DNA of 49,610 nt, from the NCBI GenBank assembly GCA_023422115.1, contig JAEZSA010000064.1, positions 1 to 49,610 of the forward strand. Direction: 5' to 3'. A model generated the notes under the pieces. The model worked only from the letters and a program-made list of their open reading frames with translations, ran no database searches and was not told where the DNA came from. The DNA comes from Bacillota bacterium (lineage in GTDB: Bacteria; Bacillota_I; Bacilli_A; ML615J-28; CAG-698). The stretch's first letter is position 1, and every line of letters begins with the position of its first letter. The translations under genes and the position numbers were made by a program. Shown piece after piece: positions 26,566-36,925 of the stretch.

Positions 26566-27583
26566 TCAAGAAAAATTATTAGCCTTTACAAAAAATATTT
26601 TAAGTATTCCCAGTCCTTCTGGATATACAAGTGTTGCCATTGAATTTTTAAAAGAAGAAGCAAGAAAAAGGAATCTAACTCACGAAGTTTTAAAGAATGG
26701 CAATCTGGTCATCACTATTACTGGAAAAGATAAAAAAATAACAGGTTTTTCCGCTCATGTAGATACCTTAGGAGCTATGGTAAGAAGTATAACTAGCAAA
26801 GGAGAATTGAAATTCACTGTTTTAGGGGGTCCTATTCTTCCCACTTATGATGGAGAATATTGCTATATTATTACTCGGGATGGCAAGAAGTTTACTGGTA
26901 CCTTTTTATCTTCAGCACCTTCTGTTCATGTTTATAAAGATTCTCGTACATTACCTCGTGATGATGCTAATATGTTTGTTCGATTAGATGAAAAAGTTAA
27001 AAGCAAACAAGATGTTTTGGACTTGGGAATTGGAAATGGCGATTTTATCGTTCTTGATCCTAAGACAGTCATTACTTCTTCTGGATTCATTAAGTCTAGA
27101 TTCCTGGATGATAAAATTAGTGTTGCAATCCTTTTTAGCTTAATTGATTATCTACAGGAAAATCATATTGAACCAAATAACACTTTAAAATTTATTTTCT
27201 CAACAAATGAAGAAGTAGGCTTTGGAGCTAGTTACATTCCTGAAGTGGATGAACTAATTGCTGTTGATATGGGATGTGTTGGAGAAGATTTATCTTGTAC
27301 AGAATATGATGTTTCTATTTGCGCGAAAGACACAGGGGGGCCTTACAACCTTGATCTAACGAATCATTTAATTTCGCTGGCAAAAAAAGCAACTCTATCC
27401 TATGTTGTTGATATCTATCCATTCTACTCTTCTGATGTTTCTGCTGCTTTAAAAGCGGGAAACAATATTAAAGGCGCTCTTATCGGTCCTGGTGTTCACG
27501 CTTCACATGGAATGGAACGCACACATATTGATGGTGTATTAAACACTTTAAAATTATTAATTGAATATATTGAAAAAAACTAG
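26552..27583 (+). CDS. M42 family aminopeptidase (glutamyl aminopeptidase / FrvX-like)
   Basis: SPSGYT, FSAHVDTLGAMV, DDKISVA, STNEEVG and HASHGMER motifs. ATG 26552 (MKPINQEKLL) overlaps the hslO 3' end. Confidence 0.85.
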   Translation: MKPINQEKLLAFTKNILSIPSPSGYTSVAIEFLKEEARKRNLTHEVLKNGNLVITITGKDKKITGFSAHVDTLGAMVRSITSKGELKFTVLGGPILPTYDGEYCYIITRDGKKFTGTFLSSAPSVHVYKDSRTLPRDDANMFVRLDEKVKSKQDVLDLGIGNGDFIVLDPKTVITSSGFIKSRFLDDKISVAILFSLIDYLQENHIEPNNTLKFIFSTNEEVGFGASYIPEVDELIAVDMGCVGEDLSCTEYDVSICAKDTGGPYNLDLTNHLISLAKKATLSYVVDIYPFYSSDVSAALKAGNNIKGALIGPGVHASHGMERTHIDGVLNTLKLLIEYIEKN

Positions 27584-28143
27584 GAATCTAATCCTAGTTT
27601 TTTAATTTCTTGATACAATCTATTGACAGGCAATCCCATAACATTATAGAAATCCCCATCAATTTTCTGTATATATTTTCCGAAAAAGCCCTGGATTGCA
27701 TATCCTCCTGCTTTGTCATATGGTTCCTTTGTATTAATGTATTCTTCAATTTCACTTTCGCTCATGCTATCAATGGTTACTTTTGTTTCTTCAACAAATA
27801 GTTCAACTTGATCATTCACTCCTAAGTACACTGCTGTATAAACAAAGTGGGTATCTCCTTGTAATTCATGAATCATTTGATAAGCTTCTTCTTTATCTTT
27901 TGGTTTCTCGAGAATTCGATCTTGATGAACTACAATAGTATCAGCACAGATGACTAAATCTTTTGGGAAAATTTGTGAGATTGCTTTTCCCTTTTTTAGT
28001 GCCGTTTTTCTAACATAATCTTTTGAATTGGTAAAATCATTAATATCTTCTTCTACTTCCAACAAATAAACCTCAAATGAAATGCCCATTTGTTCTAGTA
28101 ATTCTTTTCGTCTTGGTGATTTCGAACCTAATATAATCTTCAT
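27580..28143 (-). CDS. maf: Maf-like nucleoside triphosphate pyrophosphatase
   Basis: IILGSKSPRRKELL, CADTIV and KAGGYAIQG motifs. ATG 28143 lies 1 nt after the upstream stop. Confidence 0.9.
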   Translation of the reverse strand: MKIILGSKSPRRKELLEQMGISFEVYLLEVEEDINDFTNSKDYVRKTALKKGKAISQIFPKDLVICADTIVVHQDRILEKPKDKEEAYQMIHELQGDTHFVYTAVYLGVNDQVELFVEETKVTIDSMSESEIEEYINTKEPYDKAGGYAIQGFFGKYIQKIDGDFYNVMGLPVNRLYQEIKKLGLDS

Positions 28144-28144
28144 A

Positions 28145-29161
28145 TTATTCGTGATGCTCAATTCTTCCTAATTCTTTCTCAACATTTCCACTAATCAATT
28201 TTCTTGTTTTCAAATCAGGGAAACTTCCATTGGCAAGTTCTAAAGCCCATACAATAGCTCCCGTTGCTGGGGGAACGTTTAAGGTAATAATATTGCATTT
28301 TTTGTTGGTATATTCATTTATTTTCTTGGTGAATTCTTTAATTAAAATCGGACATGACCCTTTCACCCAAACACTTCCAGCTAGTACTACATCAACTTCT
28401 TCTGGAAAATGCAAATTGATAATACAACCTCCCGCACTTCTTGCTAGATTATCTGCCATATTTTTTAAAATTTGAATTGCTACGATATCATTATTATTAG
28501 CACATTCAAAAACAGCAATGGTTAGTGTTGTCAGATTAATTTTACGTTGTGTCAGATTACTGCTGATGGCTTCCATTAAGTAATATTTATCGTTAACTCC
28601 CAGTTCTCTCATAACTATTTCTGTCAATAAAGTTTCCGGGCCAAAACGATAAGCAGCATCATAAACTGCTCTTATTGCTTGTCTTGCAATCCATGAACCA
28701 CCAGCTTCATCACCAACGATCGCACCAATCCCACCAACTTGCAAATCTTTGCCATCTAGATCAATTCCTCCGCTTGATGTTCCTGTCCCATTAATAGAGC
28801 AAACTCCATATCCTTTTGTTGTTCCTGCTTTAATTCCTAAAAAAGAGTCATTGACAACTTTAAAATTATTAAATCCCAGCATTTGAACAACCTCTTCAAG
28901 TTTTGATTTTTGAAAAGGAGTATCTACTCCTGCCAAGCCAAAAACAGCAGTTTTAATTTGCTGAATACTAATATTATTTTTTGTTAATAGATTTGAGAAA
29001 ACCCCATTCATCACTCTATAGGAACCTGTAAAACTATCTTGCAATCCTTCATGGCTACAAGTCCCACCACGATAAAAATCGATAAAATTCCCTGCGGTAT
29101 CGAATAAAAAATAATCAGTCTTTGTATTACCGCCATCTACACCAATAATATACTCTTTCAT
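28145..29161 (-). CDS. BadF/BadG/BcrA/BcrD-type ATPase (N-acetylglucosamine kinase-like)
   Basis: ASKHA-fold phosphate motifs IGVDGGNTKT and INGTGTSS, then GGIGAIVGDEAGG. Confidence 0.8.
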   Translation of the reverse strand: MKEYIIGVDGGNTKTDYFLFDTAGNFIDFYRGGTCSHEGLQDSFTGSYRVMNGVFSNLLTKNNISIQQIKTAVFGLAGVDTPFQKSKLEEVVQMLGFNNFKVVNDSFLGIKAGTTKGYGVCSINGTGTSSGGIDLDGKDLQVGGIGAIVGDEAGGSWIARQAIRAVYDAAYRFGPETLLTEIVMRELGVNDKYYLMEAISSNLTQRKINLTTLTIAVFECANNNDIVAIQILKNMADNLARSAGGCIINLHFPEEVDVVLAGSVWVKGSCPILIKEFTKKINEYTNKKCNIITLNVPPATGAIVWALELANGSFPDLKTRKLISGNVEKELGRIEHHE

Positions 29162-29164
29162 GCT

Positions 29165-30457
29165 TTATTTCTCTTTCTTGAAAAATTGTGGAAGATGAGC
29201 TCGATGTGCTTCTTTTAATTCCTGATAACAAGGATATAACTTCTTATAATCAAAAACCAAAGGATTAATCATCAAAGCTCGTATTGCTTCTTCTTCATCA
29301 CCTGTTAATGCCGCTACAACTGCGTGTTTTTCATAAGCTTTCATCATTAGCATATATTCTTTTATATGTTCATTATTAAAATGTGTTTTAATCGGTTTTG
29401 CTCCATCTTTTCCAATCACAGCACAGATTTCTACTGCATCATTGTCGTTCATGAAAGAGATTGCTCCTTTATTCAACACATTTACAACCTGAACATCGTT
29501 TTTATCGTTGTAAATTGCATCAACTAAATTGATTGCAACTTCTGAATAACGAGATCCACCACGTTTACTTAATAACTCTGGTTTTACATGAAGTTCACTA
29601 TTTGAATAGATATCCAATAATTGCTCTTCTATTTCCATGCATACTTCTGCACGACATTTTTCTACTTCTTTTGCTTTTGCTAATTTTTGATCCTTAAAAT
29701 AATAGTATTCTAGATAAGAAGAAGGAATTGCACCTACTGTTTTGATTAAATCCGCAGTGAATCCGCTGGCAGGAATATTTTTCATTGCTTCACTGTTGAT
29801 TCCCTCTTGAATTGCTTTTTGTAAATAATCAACCCCATTATATTTAATGGAAGTAATCCAACTTAAGTGATTCAATCCAACATACTCAACTTCCGCTTCG
29901 GGAAGTGCCAATCTCTTTTTTAAACTATCTATCATGTTGATTGGAACATTGCATAATCCCATCATTTTAATTTTACTGTGATTTAAGACTGCTTCCGCTA
30001 TCATTCCCGATGGATTCGAAAAATTAATTAACCAAGCGTTAGGACATAATTTTTCCATTTGATGAACAATTTCCATAATTGCAGGAATTGTTCTCATTCC
30101 TTTGAAAAAGCCGCCAATACCATTTGTTTCTTGACCAATTAAATCATATTTTAAAGGGATTCTTTCATCAAGAACTCGTGCTGGAAGTTTTCCAACTCTA
30201 ATCTGCGCTAATACAAAATCTGCTTTATCTAATGATGCTGCCAAGTCCGTTGTCAGCACAACACGGCAAGTTAATCCTGCTGCTTTAATCATGCGCTCAC
30301 ATAGTCCACCGACAATGTTCAATTTTCTCTCTTCAATATCCATTAAGAACAATTCATTTACAGGTAAAGAATCTTTTTTATTAATGAAACCTTCAATTAA
30401 TTCAGGGGTATAAGTGCTTCCTGAACCGATAATAGCAATTTTCAAACCTTTTTTCAT
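29165..30457 (-). CDS. glycoside hydrolase family 4, 6-phospho-beta-glucosidase type
   Basis: N-terminal NAD-binding KIAIIGSGSTYTPEL, a GLCNVP motif with the conserved Cys, and length and pattern like CelF/ChbF/LicH. Confidence 0.88.
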   Translation of the reverse strand: MKKGLKIAIIGSGSTYTPELIEGFINKKDSLPVNELFLMDIEERKLNIVGGLCERMIKAAGLTCRVVLTTDLAASLDKADFVLAQIRVGKLPARVLDERIPLKYDLIGQETNGIGGFFKGMRTIPAIMEIVHQMEKLCPNAWLINFSNPSGMIAEAVLNHSKIKMMGLCNVPINMIDSLKKRLALPEAEVEYVGLNHLSWITSIKYNGVDYLQKAIQEGINSEAMKNIPASGFTADLIKTVGAIPSSYLEYYYFKDQKLAKAKEVEKCRAEVCMEIEEQLLDIYSNSELHVKPELLSKRGGSRYSEVAINLVDAIYNDKNDVQVVNVLNKGAISFMNDNDAVEICAVIGKDGAKPIKTHFNNEHIKEYMLMMKAYEKHAVVAALTGDEEEAIRALMINPLVFDYKKLYPCYQELKEAHRAHLPQFFKKEK

Positions 30458-30527
30458 AACTGTACCTCTTTTTAATTATTATATCATATTTCATTGCTTT
30501 TTTAAAGCAAATAGAAAGCAATTTTAT

Positions 30528-30560
30528 AAATAAAAAAATGCAAAGATTTTTATCTTTGCA
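30528..30560 (-). terminator. intrinsic terminator after the S4-domain gene
   Basis: 9-bp stem TGCAAAGAT / ATCTTTGCA (30539-30560) with a 4-nt loop, followed on the minus strand by TTTTTTTATTT. Confidence 0.8.
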
Positions 30561-30815
30561 TTAATTATCAATCACTTCAACAATCTCATACATCGCATCC
30601 GCATCTTCTTTTTTAGTTGATGTAGTTAGTGCTCGTACAATAACAATCATTTTTTTCTTGAAATAATTTATTTCTAATTTGTCGCCTATTTTTAGAAGAG
30701 TACTTGGTTTTGCTACCTTTCCATTGACAAATATTTTATCACTATCGCTTGCTTCTTTCGCAACAGTTCTTCTTTTAATCAAGCGAGAAACCTTGAGAAA
30801 TTTATCTACTCTCAT
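30561..30815 (-). CDS. rqcP: S4-domain RNA-binding protein, YabO/RqcP (Hsp15-like)
   Basis: The 84-aa [22 protein letters not shown]...NGK.AKPS...GD is near-collinear with B. subtilis YabO as I recall it. Its ATG overlaps the ftsH stop as TAATG. Confidence 0.8.
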   Translation of the reverse strand: MRVDKFLKVSRLIKRRTVAKEASDSDKIFVNGKVAKPSTLLKIGDKLEINYFKKKMIVIVRALTTSTKKEDADAMYEIVEVIDN

Positions 30816-32896
30816 TATTTTTCCTCAGGATTCTCTTTTGTTTCTTGCGCTAATGCTTCACGGAATATTTCTTTCGAATCCGAATCAACACTGTTTGTAG
30901 TTGTTGTTGTCGTTTCTCCACTCATTTTTTTAGCTTCTTCCATTGCTTTTAATTGCTTTTGATAGATATCTTGTAATTCTTTTTCTTTCTCAGCAGCTAT
31001 TCTTTGAGCTTCTTCTTTGGCTTTTTTCTTTTCCCACCACTCTAGACGACCCGTATTTACGATTTCATAAATATCTTCTTTTGTTAGTGTTTCAATATCC
31101 ATTAAATGCTTAGCAATATTAACTAGTAAATCTTTATTTTCTGTCAATACCGTTTTTGCTCTTTGGTAACATGTTTCAATAATATTACGAACAGCATGAT
31201 CGATTTCTAAAGCAACTTGATCTGAAAAATTCTTATCACTCATATAATCACGACCAAGGAAAACAGTTTGACTTCGTTGCTCGTATTGGATTGGTCCAAG
31301 TTCGCTCATTCCATATTCAGTAACCATTGCTCTTGCAATTAAAGTTGCTTTTTGGAAGTCATTATGCGCTCCTGTAGTAATTTCAGTTGTCATCACTTCT
31401 TCTGCGACTCTTCCGCCTAAAAGACCTGTAATCGTATCTAGTAGTCCTTGTTTTGTTTGTAAGAATTTTTCTTCTTCTGGTGTCATCATGGAGTATCCAC
31501 CTGCATCACCACGCGGTACAATCGTAACTTTTTGAACAATTTCTGCGTTTTCTAGTTTTACACCTAACACAGCATGTCCTGATTCGTGGTAAGAAACAAT
31601 CATTTTTTCTTTTTCTGAGTATTTCCTACTTCGTTTTGCTGGTCCCATTAACACTCTATCAATTGCTTCATCAATATCGTAAATTTTAATTTCACGGCGA
31701 TTTTCACGTGCTGCTAATAACGCCGCTTCATTCAGCAAGTTTTCTAAATCTGCACCACTAAATCCTGGTGTACGACGTGCGATATCTTCTAAATTAATTT
31801 TTGGTGATAACTTTTTATTGCGAGAATGAACTTGCATAATTTCTGTTCTTCCCTTAACATCAGGATTACTAATTCTAATTTGACGATCAAATCTTCCTGG
31901 ACGTAATAAAGCTGGATCAAGGATATCTGCTCTGTTTGTTGCTGCCATCACAATAACACCACTATTTTGAGCAAATCCATCCATTTCAACTAATAATTGA
32001 TTTAATGTTTGTTCTCTTTCATCATGTCCACCACCAAGACCTGCTCCTCTTTGACGTCCTACAGCATCGATTTCATCGATGAAAACGATACATGGAGCGG
32101 TTTGTTTTGCAGTCTTAAACATATCACGAACACGGCTAGCACCAACACCAACAAACATTTCAACAAAATCACTACCTGAGATAGAGTAGAATGGAACTTT
32201 TGCTTCACCAGCAACCGCTCTTGCTAATAGTGTTTTACCTGTTCCTGGAGGACCTATTAATAAAACACCTTTTGGTACTCTTGCACCTATTTCATGATAT
32301 TTTCTTGGATTCTTCAAGAAATCTATAATTTCTTCTAATTCTTCTTTTTCTTCATCACAACCTGCAACATCTTTAAATGTTGTATCGGTTTTTTTACTTA
32401 GTCTTGCTCTTGTCTTAGCAAATTCAAATGCTTTATTATTACTGTTATTTGCGTTTCTACTAATGAATACTACAAAACCAACAATTAGTGCAATTGGTAA
32501 AACGACCATAAAAATAATACTGAACCAATCCACCGTAACTAGTTTTACAATTTTTGGATTAATGTTGTATTTCAACATTCCTTCTGTGCTTAAAAGTGTT
32601 TCATTAACATACTCTATTGATAAAACAGCAGTATAATTTTTTTCATCACTATCGGCATTTAAATATATACCGTAAACTTCAAAGAAATCTCTATTGTCAC
32701 CACCAATAGGCTTGATGTTAATTGACTTTAATTTTTCATCTTCTAATAATTCATGAAAATCATATTGTGTCAATTCATCTGGCTTTCCTAGTGAGTTGTT
32801 GATTAAAATAAATATCCCTATTAAAATTGCAACAAAAACAATTAGCAATCCTATATCTGATTTTCTAAATTTCCTTTGTCCTTCTTGTTGTGGCAT
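30815..32896 (-). CDS. ftsH: ATP-dependent zinc metalloprotease FtsH
   Basis: Two N-terminal TM helices, Walker A GPPGTGKT, Walker [12 protein letters not shown] region, zinc motif HESGHA. GGAGG RBS. Confidence 0.97.
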   Translation of the reverse strand: MPQQEGQRKFRKSDIGLLIVFVAILIGIFILINNSLGKPDELTQYDFHELLEDEKLKSINIKPIGGDNRDFFEVYGIYLNADSDEKNYTAVLSIEYVNETLLSTEGMLKYNINPKIVKLVTVDWFSIIFMVVLPIALIVGFVVFISRNANNSNNKAFEFAKTRARLSKKTDTTFKDVAGCDEEKEELEEIIDFLKNPRKYHEIGARVPKGVLLIGPPGTGKTLLARAVAGEAKVPFYSISGSDFVEMFVGVGASRVRDMFKTAKQTAPCIVFIDEIDAVGRQRGAGLGGGHDEREQTLNQLLVEMDGFAQNSGVIVMAATNRADILDPALLRPGRFDRQIRISNPDVKGRTEIMQVHSRNKKLSPKINLEDIARRTPGFSGADLENLLNEAALLAARENRREIKIYDIDEAIDRVLMGPAKRSRKYSEKEKMIVSYHESGHAVLGVKLENAEIVQKVTIVPRGDAGGYSMMTPEEEKFLQTKQGLLDTITGLLGGRVAEEVMTTEITTGAHNDFQKATLIARAMVTEYGMSELGPIQYEQRSQTVFLGRDYMSDKNFSDQVALEIDHAVRNIIETCYQRAKTVLTENKDLLVNIAKHLMDIETLTKEDIYEIVNTGRLEWWEKKKAKEEAQRIAAEKEKELQDIYQKQLKAMEEAKKMSGETTTTTTNSVDSDSKEIFREALAQETKENPEEK

Positions 32897-32909
32897 CTAT
32901 ACCACCTCC

Positions 32910-33449
32910 TCATTTCTCATAAACAGATTTTTTTAGCACTCCTACGTAATCTAGATTACGATATAATTCATTGTAATCAAGCCCAAAACCTACCACAAAC
33001 TTTGGCGGGATGGTAAATCCAACATATTTTGGCTCTAAATTACAAACGGTTCTTCCTTCTGGTTTATCTAAAAGAGCAACTATTTCAATACTTGCAGCTT
33101 TCCGATCTCTCAACAAATTGGTTACTTGTTGTAACGTCAATCCACTATCAATAATGTCTTCAACAATAATAACGTGGCGTCCCACCACAGAAGTATTCAT
33201 ATCTTTTGTTATTGTAACTGTTCCAGTAGAACACGTTCCTTCATAACTAGATGCTTTCATGAAATCTATTTCTAAATCGCATTTGATATGTTTGATTAAT
33301 TCTGCCATAAACGGGACACAGCCTTTTAATAAGCCAATTAAAACAGGACATTTATCGTGATAATCCTGCGTGATAATCGCGCCTAGTTCTTTGCTTTTAG
33401 CGATGATTTCTTCATGAGTGAACAAAACTTCTTCAATAACTTTGTCCAT
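32910..33449 (-). CDS. hpt: hypoxanthine-guanine phosphoribosyltransferase
   Basis: PRPP motif VIIVEDIIDSGLTL and GFGLDY. Classical tilS-hpt-ftsH synteny; overlaps tilS by 17 nt. Confidence 0.93.
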   Translation of the reverse strand: MDKVIEEVLFTHEEIIAKSKELGAIITQDYHDKCPVLIGLLKGCVPFMAELIKHIKCDLEIDFMKASSYEGTCSTGTVTITKDMNTSVVGRHVIIVEDIIDSGLTLQQVTNLLRDRKAASIEIVALLDKPEGRTVCNLEPKYVGFTIPPKFVVGFGLDYNELYRNLDYVGVLKKSVYEK

Positions 33450-34779
33450 TAGTATTTTCCTCCATCGATATTATAATATCTTTCTCTTTTATTTCTTTTA
33501 ATGTTTCACTTTTTTTAATTCCCAAAACAGCTAATATCTCCTGTGAACTATCTTCTAAAATTAAAACTTTCTTTCTTTGTAAGATTCCAATCTTTTCATC
33601 AATTAATAAATCTTTGACTTTTTTATAGCCCTTAGAAAGTTTTATTTTATCCGCTTGTTTTCGTGAACGAACTACTAGTGGGAAGTAGTTACTATTATAA
33701 CATAAACAGTTATTATTTGTAATGCTTTCTGCTGTTTTTTTTGTTACACTTATTGTAATAGTGTCATTTACTTTATACTTCTTTAATTCATCAAGAACAA
33801 TATAGATGTCCTCATTCTTGAACTCTTGAAAGAAAAAATGTATTTTATTATATTCCTTTACGAATGTTAAATCCTTTTTATATAAAACTTCATTGTTGGC
33901 TTTCTTAGAATTCACTAATTTTAATAACTCCACTATATTTGCTTTCCCTAAATGGTAAGATTTTAAGAGCTCATAGAGAACTTCTGTTTGCATGTACAAA
34001 GAAAGTTTTTTAAAATCCACATTAAGAAATGAGATTCCATTTGGAACAAAACTCACCTTTTTTTCGATAAATTCATCTCGTATTTTATTCAATTCCCTGC
34101 TGGCATCATGTAATGTTTGAGAAAACTCTAAAAACTTTAAATGAACTTGTTGATCTTCTCTCATCAATGCTGGAATAATTTCTTTACGAAGGCGATTACG
34201 AGTATAAATATCTTCTACGTTAGATTGATCTTCGTAATATGTAATCTGATTTTCTTGTTGATATTTTTCAATATCAGATTTTAATATCGTTAACAATGGA
34301 CGAAGGATGGTATGATTTTTAAATGGAATAATAGCTTTCATTCCTGCGTAACCACTCAACGAACTCCCTCTTAACAATCTCATTATAATTGTTTCCAGAA
34401 CATCATTTCCATGATGAGCTAGTACTAAATATTGAGCCCTTTCCTGTTCTAAAACCTCTTGGAAAAATTCATATCTTCTTTTTCTCGCTTCTGCCTGAAA
34501 ATTTTCTGAAGTAGCCGAAAAATCTAGATTCTTTATATAACAAAGTAGTCCATTATCCTGACAAAAACTGCGAATAAATTCTTCTTCTTGTTGCGATTGT
34601 AGTCTTCTATGATGATTCACGTGGGCAACGATAATAGAAAAGTTTTGTTTCTTAGTAAGCTTCATAAATACATGGAGCAATACCATCGAATCTATCCCTG
34701 TCGATACCGCTAAAACTATTTTTTCTCCTTGGAGATTTATATTATTATCTTTTAAAAAGGTTGTAACAATTTGTTCCAT
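33433..34779 (-). CDS. tilS: tRNA(Ile)-lysidine synthase
   Basis: PP-loop LAVSTGIDSMVL, AHVNHHRR and LAHHGNDVLET motifs. Confidence 0.9.
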   Translation of the reverse strand: MEQIVTTFLKDNNINLQGEKIVLAVSTGIDSMVLLHVFMKLTKKQNFSIIVAHVNHHRRLQSQQEEEFIRSFCQDNGLLCYIKNLDFSATSENFQAEARKRRYEFFQEVLEQERAQYLVLAHHGNDVLETIIMRLLRGSSLSGYAGMKAIIPFKNHTILRPLLTILKSDIEKYQQENQITYYEDQSNVEDIYTRNRLRKEIIPALMREDQQVHLKFLEFSQTLHDASRELNKIRDEFIEKKVSFVPNGISFLNVDFKKLSLYMQTEVLYELLKSYHLGKANIVELLKLVNSKKANNEVLYKKDLTFVKEYNKIHFFFQEFKNEDIYIVLDELKKYKVNDTITISVTKKTAESITNNNCLCYNSNYFPLVVRSRKQADKIKLSKGYKKVKDLLIDEKIGILQRKKVLILEDSSQEILAVLGIKKSETLKEIKEKDIIISMEENTNGQSY

Positions 34780-34797
34780 AATTTTTTCCTCTCCATA

Positions 34798-34826
34798 TTA
34801 TACTATAAATACTTGGTTTCTTCAAT
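34798..34826 (-). promoter_or_regulatory. sigma-A type promoter for tilS-hpt-ftsH-rqcP
   Basis: Minus strand TTGAAG (34821-34826), 17-nt spacer, TATAAT (34798-34803). Confidence 0.55.
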
Positions 34827-34840
34827 GAAAAAGCAAACCA

Positions 34841-34880
34841 AAATAAATAAAGCCCACTGAATAGTGGACTTTTTTCTTTT
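34841..34880 (-). terminator. weak hairpin terminator after the LtaS-like gene
   Basis: CCACT-GAAT-AGTGG (34853-34866) flanked by A/T runs on both sides. The stem is short. Confidence 0.4.
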
Positions 34881-34890
34881 GTGAATGAAC

Positions 34891-36921
34891 TTATTTGTCT
34901 AGAAAAATCTTGTATCTAAATATTTTATCATTCATGCTTTTATAATCTAACGTTCCTGAAATAATCCGATTAATTTCAGTTTTATTATATCGGTTCTCAT
35001 CTGTATAACATACTTTTTGTGAACTTCCTGAAATGACGATTCCATCTGCTATCATTGTCAGGTTTCTTGGATTATAACAAGTCGTTTTATTCTCGCTTAG
35101 CACATCAATACCAAAGTAGTATTTGGAATGTAATCCAAACAAATTAGCGATTGTTCTCTTAATCGATTCGTGTCCCCTCACTAAGGATATTGTTTGAGCA
35201 GGTAGATTCCCTGATTCAGAAGCATCATATATAAAGAAAGGAACATTTAAAAGAAATTGTTGTTCCAATAGATTTCTTTCTGCTTCTTCTTCAACATACT
35301 CAATAATTGGATTAATTTCATTAATGAAAAGCTCAGGAGTTTGGTAAAACATTTCATAAATATTAATTCCACAGCCATGATCACCATACATAATAATAAC
35401 GGTGTCTTCAGCTAGTCCCTCTTGTTTTAAAGCTTCAATTGCTTTTCCTATTGCATAATCGTTATAGTTTGCATGTTCAAGATAGTTAATGTACTCTTCC
35501 GCAATCCCTTCTATCCCATTAGGAAACAACAAATCTTTCTGGCCATAAAAACTTTGATTATCCTCTAAGTAGTATGGTAAGTGATTGGAAACTGTAATAG
35601 CAAAACTAAAAACAGGTTTTCCCGTGTTTTCTATTTGCTCTTTCATTTCTTTTATTGTTTGCTCGAGAAAGTCAACGTCCCCTATCCAATCATGAACCAA
35701 TTTTTCTTGATAGTTAACTAAACTATTTCGAAAATATTCCTTTTCAAGAAACAAATCAAATCCATATGTTTCAATAAAATTATCCTCTCTGGAATAGAAA
35801 AATCCAGCGTTAGCGTGGGTTGCAAAAGTGAAATATTCTTTTTCTTGGAAAAGTTTAGGTAAGGTTTCGTATGTTTGATCATTATACTCATAAACAGTGT
35901 AATGATTTCCGCTAGGATTTATTCCTGTCATTGCAGTAAATTCAGCATCTGAGGTATTACCAATTCCCACTGTCGTGTAAAATTGGTTACAATAAATTGA
36001 TTTATCTATGAGACGATTCATATTAGGGGTTACTTCAATATATTCTGTTCCCACTTTTATTTTTAATCCAATTAAAAAGTTGCTTTCTGATTCTAATTGA
36101 ATTAATAATAGATTTTTGTTGGCAAAGATATCGCTATAGTTTTCATTGTTTTTTATTTCTTCATTATTAATAAAGCTAATTCGTGAATTCTGTTGATACT
36201 TTTGTAATTCTTCTAAGTACTCTTCTATTTTTTCACTGCTCGGTTCTTCTTCTCCAGTAATAAAATATTCGATGCTTTCTCCCAAATAAAAATTGAGCAC
36301 TCCTTTTGTTTGTAATCCAAATGTCACTGTTTTGTTTTCTTCATGCCAGGTATCAATCGTGATTTGTTTGAAATATAAATCCGATCCACCTAAAAACAAA
36401 ATTCCGATTATAAAAACAAGACTTGCTTGATATTTTCTTAAAGAGAACGATGTTTTCTTTTGTTTATTATTATTCATTAGAAAATATAAACCTATTATCA
36501 GAATAACGGGTAATCCAAAAATCCAGTTCGCGTTTTTCAATAATTCTACTAATGCATCAATGATAAATTTTACAGCATCGCCACTAGATTCTCCATTGAA
36601 AGCAACTAAATTATAAAATGAAGGAAACATTTTATAGTAACCATAATACATAGAAATTCCAATCATGAATATCGATATTAGTCCTGTTTCGATGACTAAA
36701 AAAATCATAAATCTTTTTTCGTAACCACAAAAAACCAGTGCTAGTGATAGAAAAACTAAAATCATTCCAAGATTTCCAAAAACACTATTGAAAAACATCA
36801 CGAGTGACATTTGCCAATTATTGGTTTTATTGATCAATGGTATCATCATAACACTAATTAAATTAATCAACACAAAAAAAACAATAAACCCTATTTTTGT
36901 GTGTTTTTTAAATAATTTCAT
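34891..36921 (-). CDS. LtaS-family lipoteichoic acid synthase / sulfatase-type phosphoglycerol transferase
   Basis: Five N-terminal TM helices plus an extracellular sulfatase-fold domain, with GNTSDAEF (catalytic Thr context) and MYGDHG motifs. Confidence 0.85.
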   Translation of the reverse strand: MKLFKKHTKIGFIVFFVLINLISVMMIPLINKTNNWQMSLVMFFNSVFGNLGMILVFLSLALVFCGYEKRFMIFLVIETGLISIFMIGISMYYGYYKMFPSFYNLVAFNGESSGDAVKFIIDALVELLKNANWIFGLPVILIIGLYFLMNNNKQKKTSFSLRKYQASLVFIIGILFLGGSDLYFKQITIDTWHEENKTVTFGLQTKGVLNFYLGESIEYFITGEEEPSSEKIEEYLEELQKYQQNSRISFINNEEIKNNENYSDIFANKNLLLIQLESESNFLIGLKIKVGTEYIEVTPNMNRLIDKSIYCNQFYTTVGIGNTSDAEFTAMTGINPSGNHYTVYEYNDQTYETLPKLFQEKEYFTFATHANAGFFYSREDNFIETYGFDLFLEKEYFRNSLVNYQEKLVHDWIGDVDFLEQTIKEMKEQIENTGKPVFSFAITVSNHLPYYLEDNQSFYGQKDLLFPNGIEGIAEEYINYLEHANYNDYAIGKAIEALKQEGLAEDTVIIMYGDHGCGINIYEMFYQTPELFINEINPIIEYVEEEAERNLLEQQFLLNVPFFIYDASESGNLPAQTISLVRGHESIKRTIANLFGLHSKYYFGIDVLSENKTTCYNPRNLTMIADGIVISGSSQKVCYTDENRYNKTEINRIISGTLDYKSMNDKIFRYKIFLDK

Positions 36922-36925
36922 AGTT

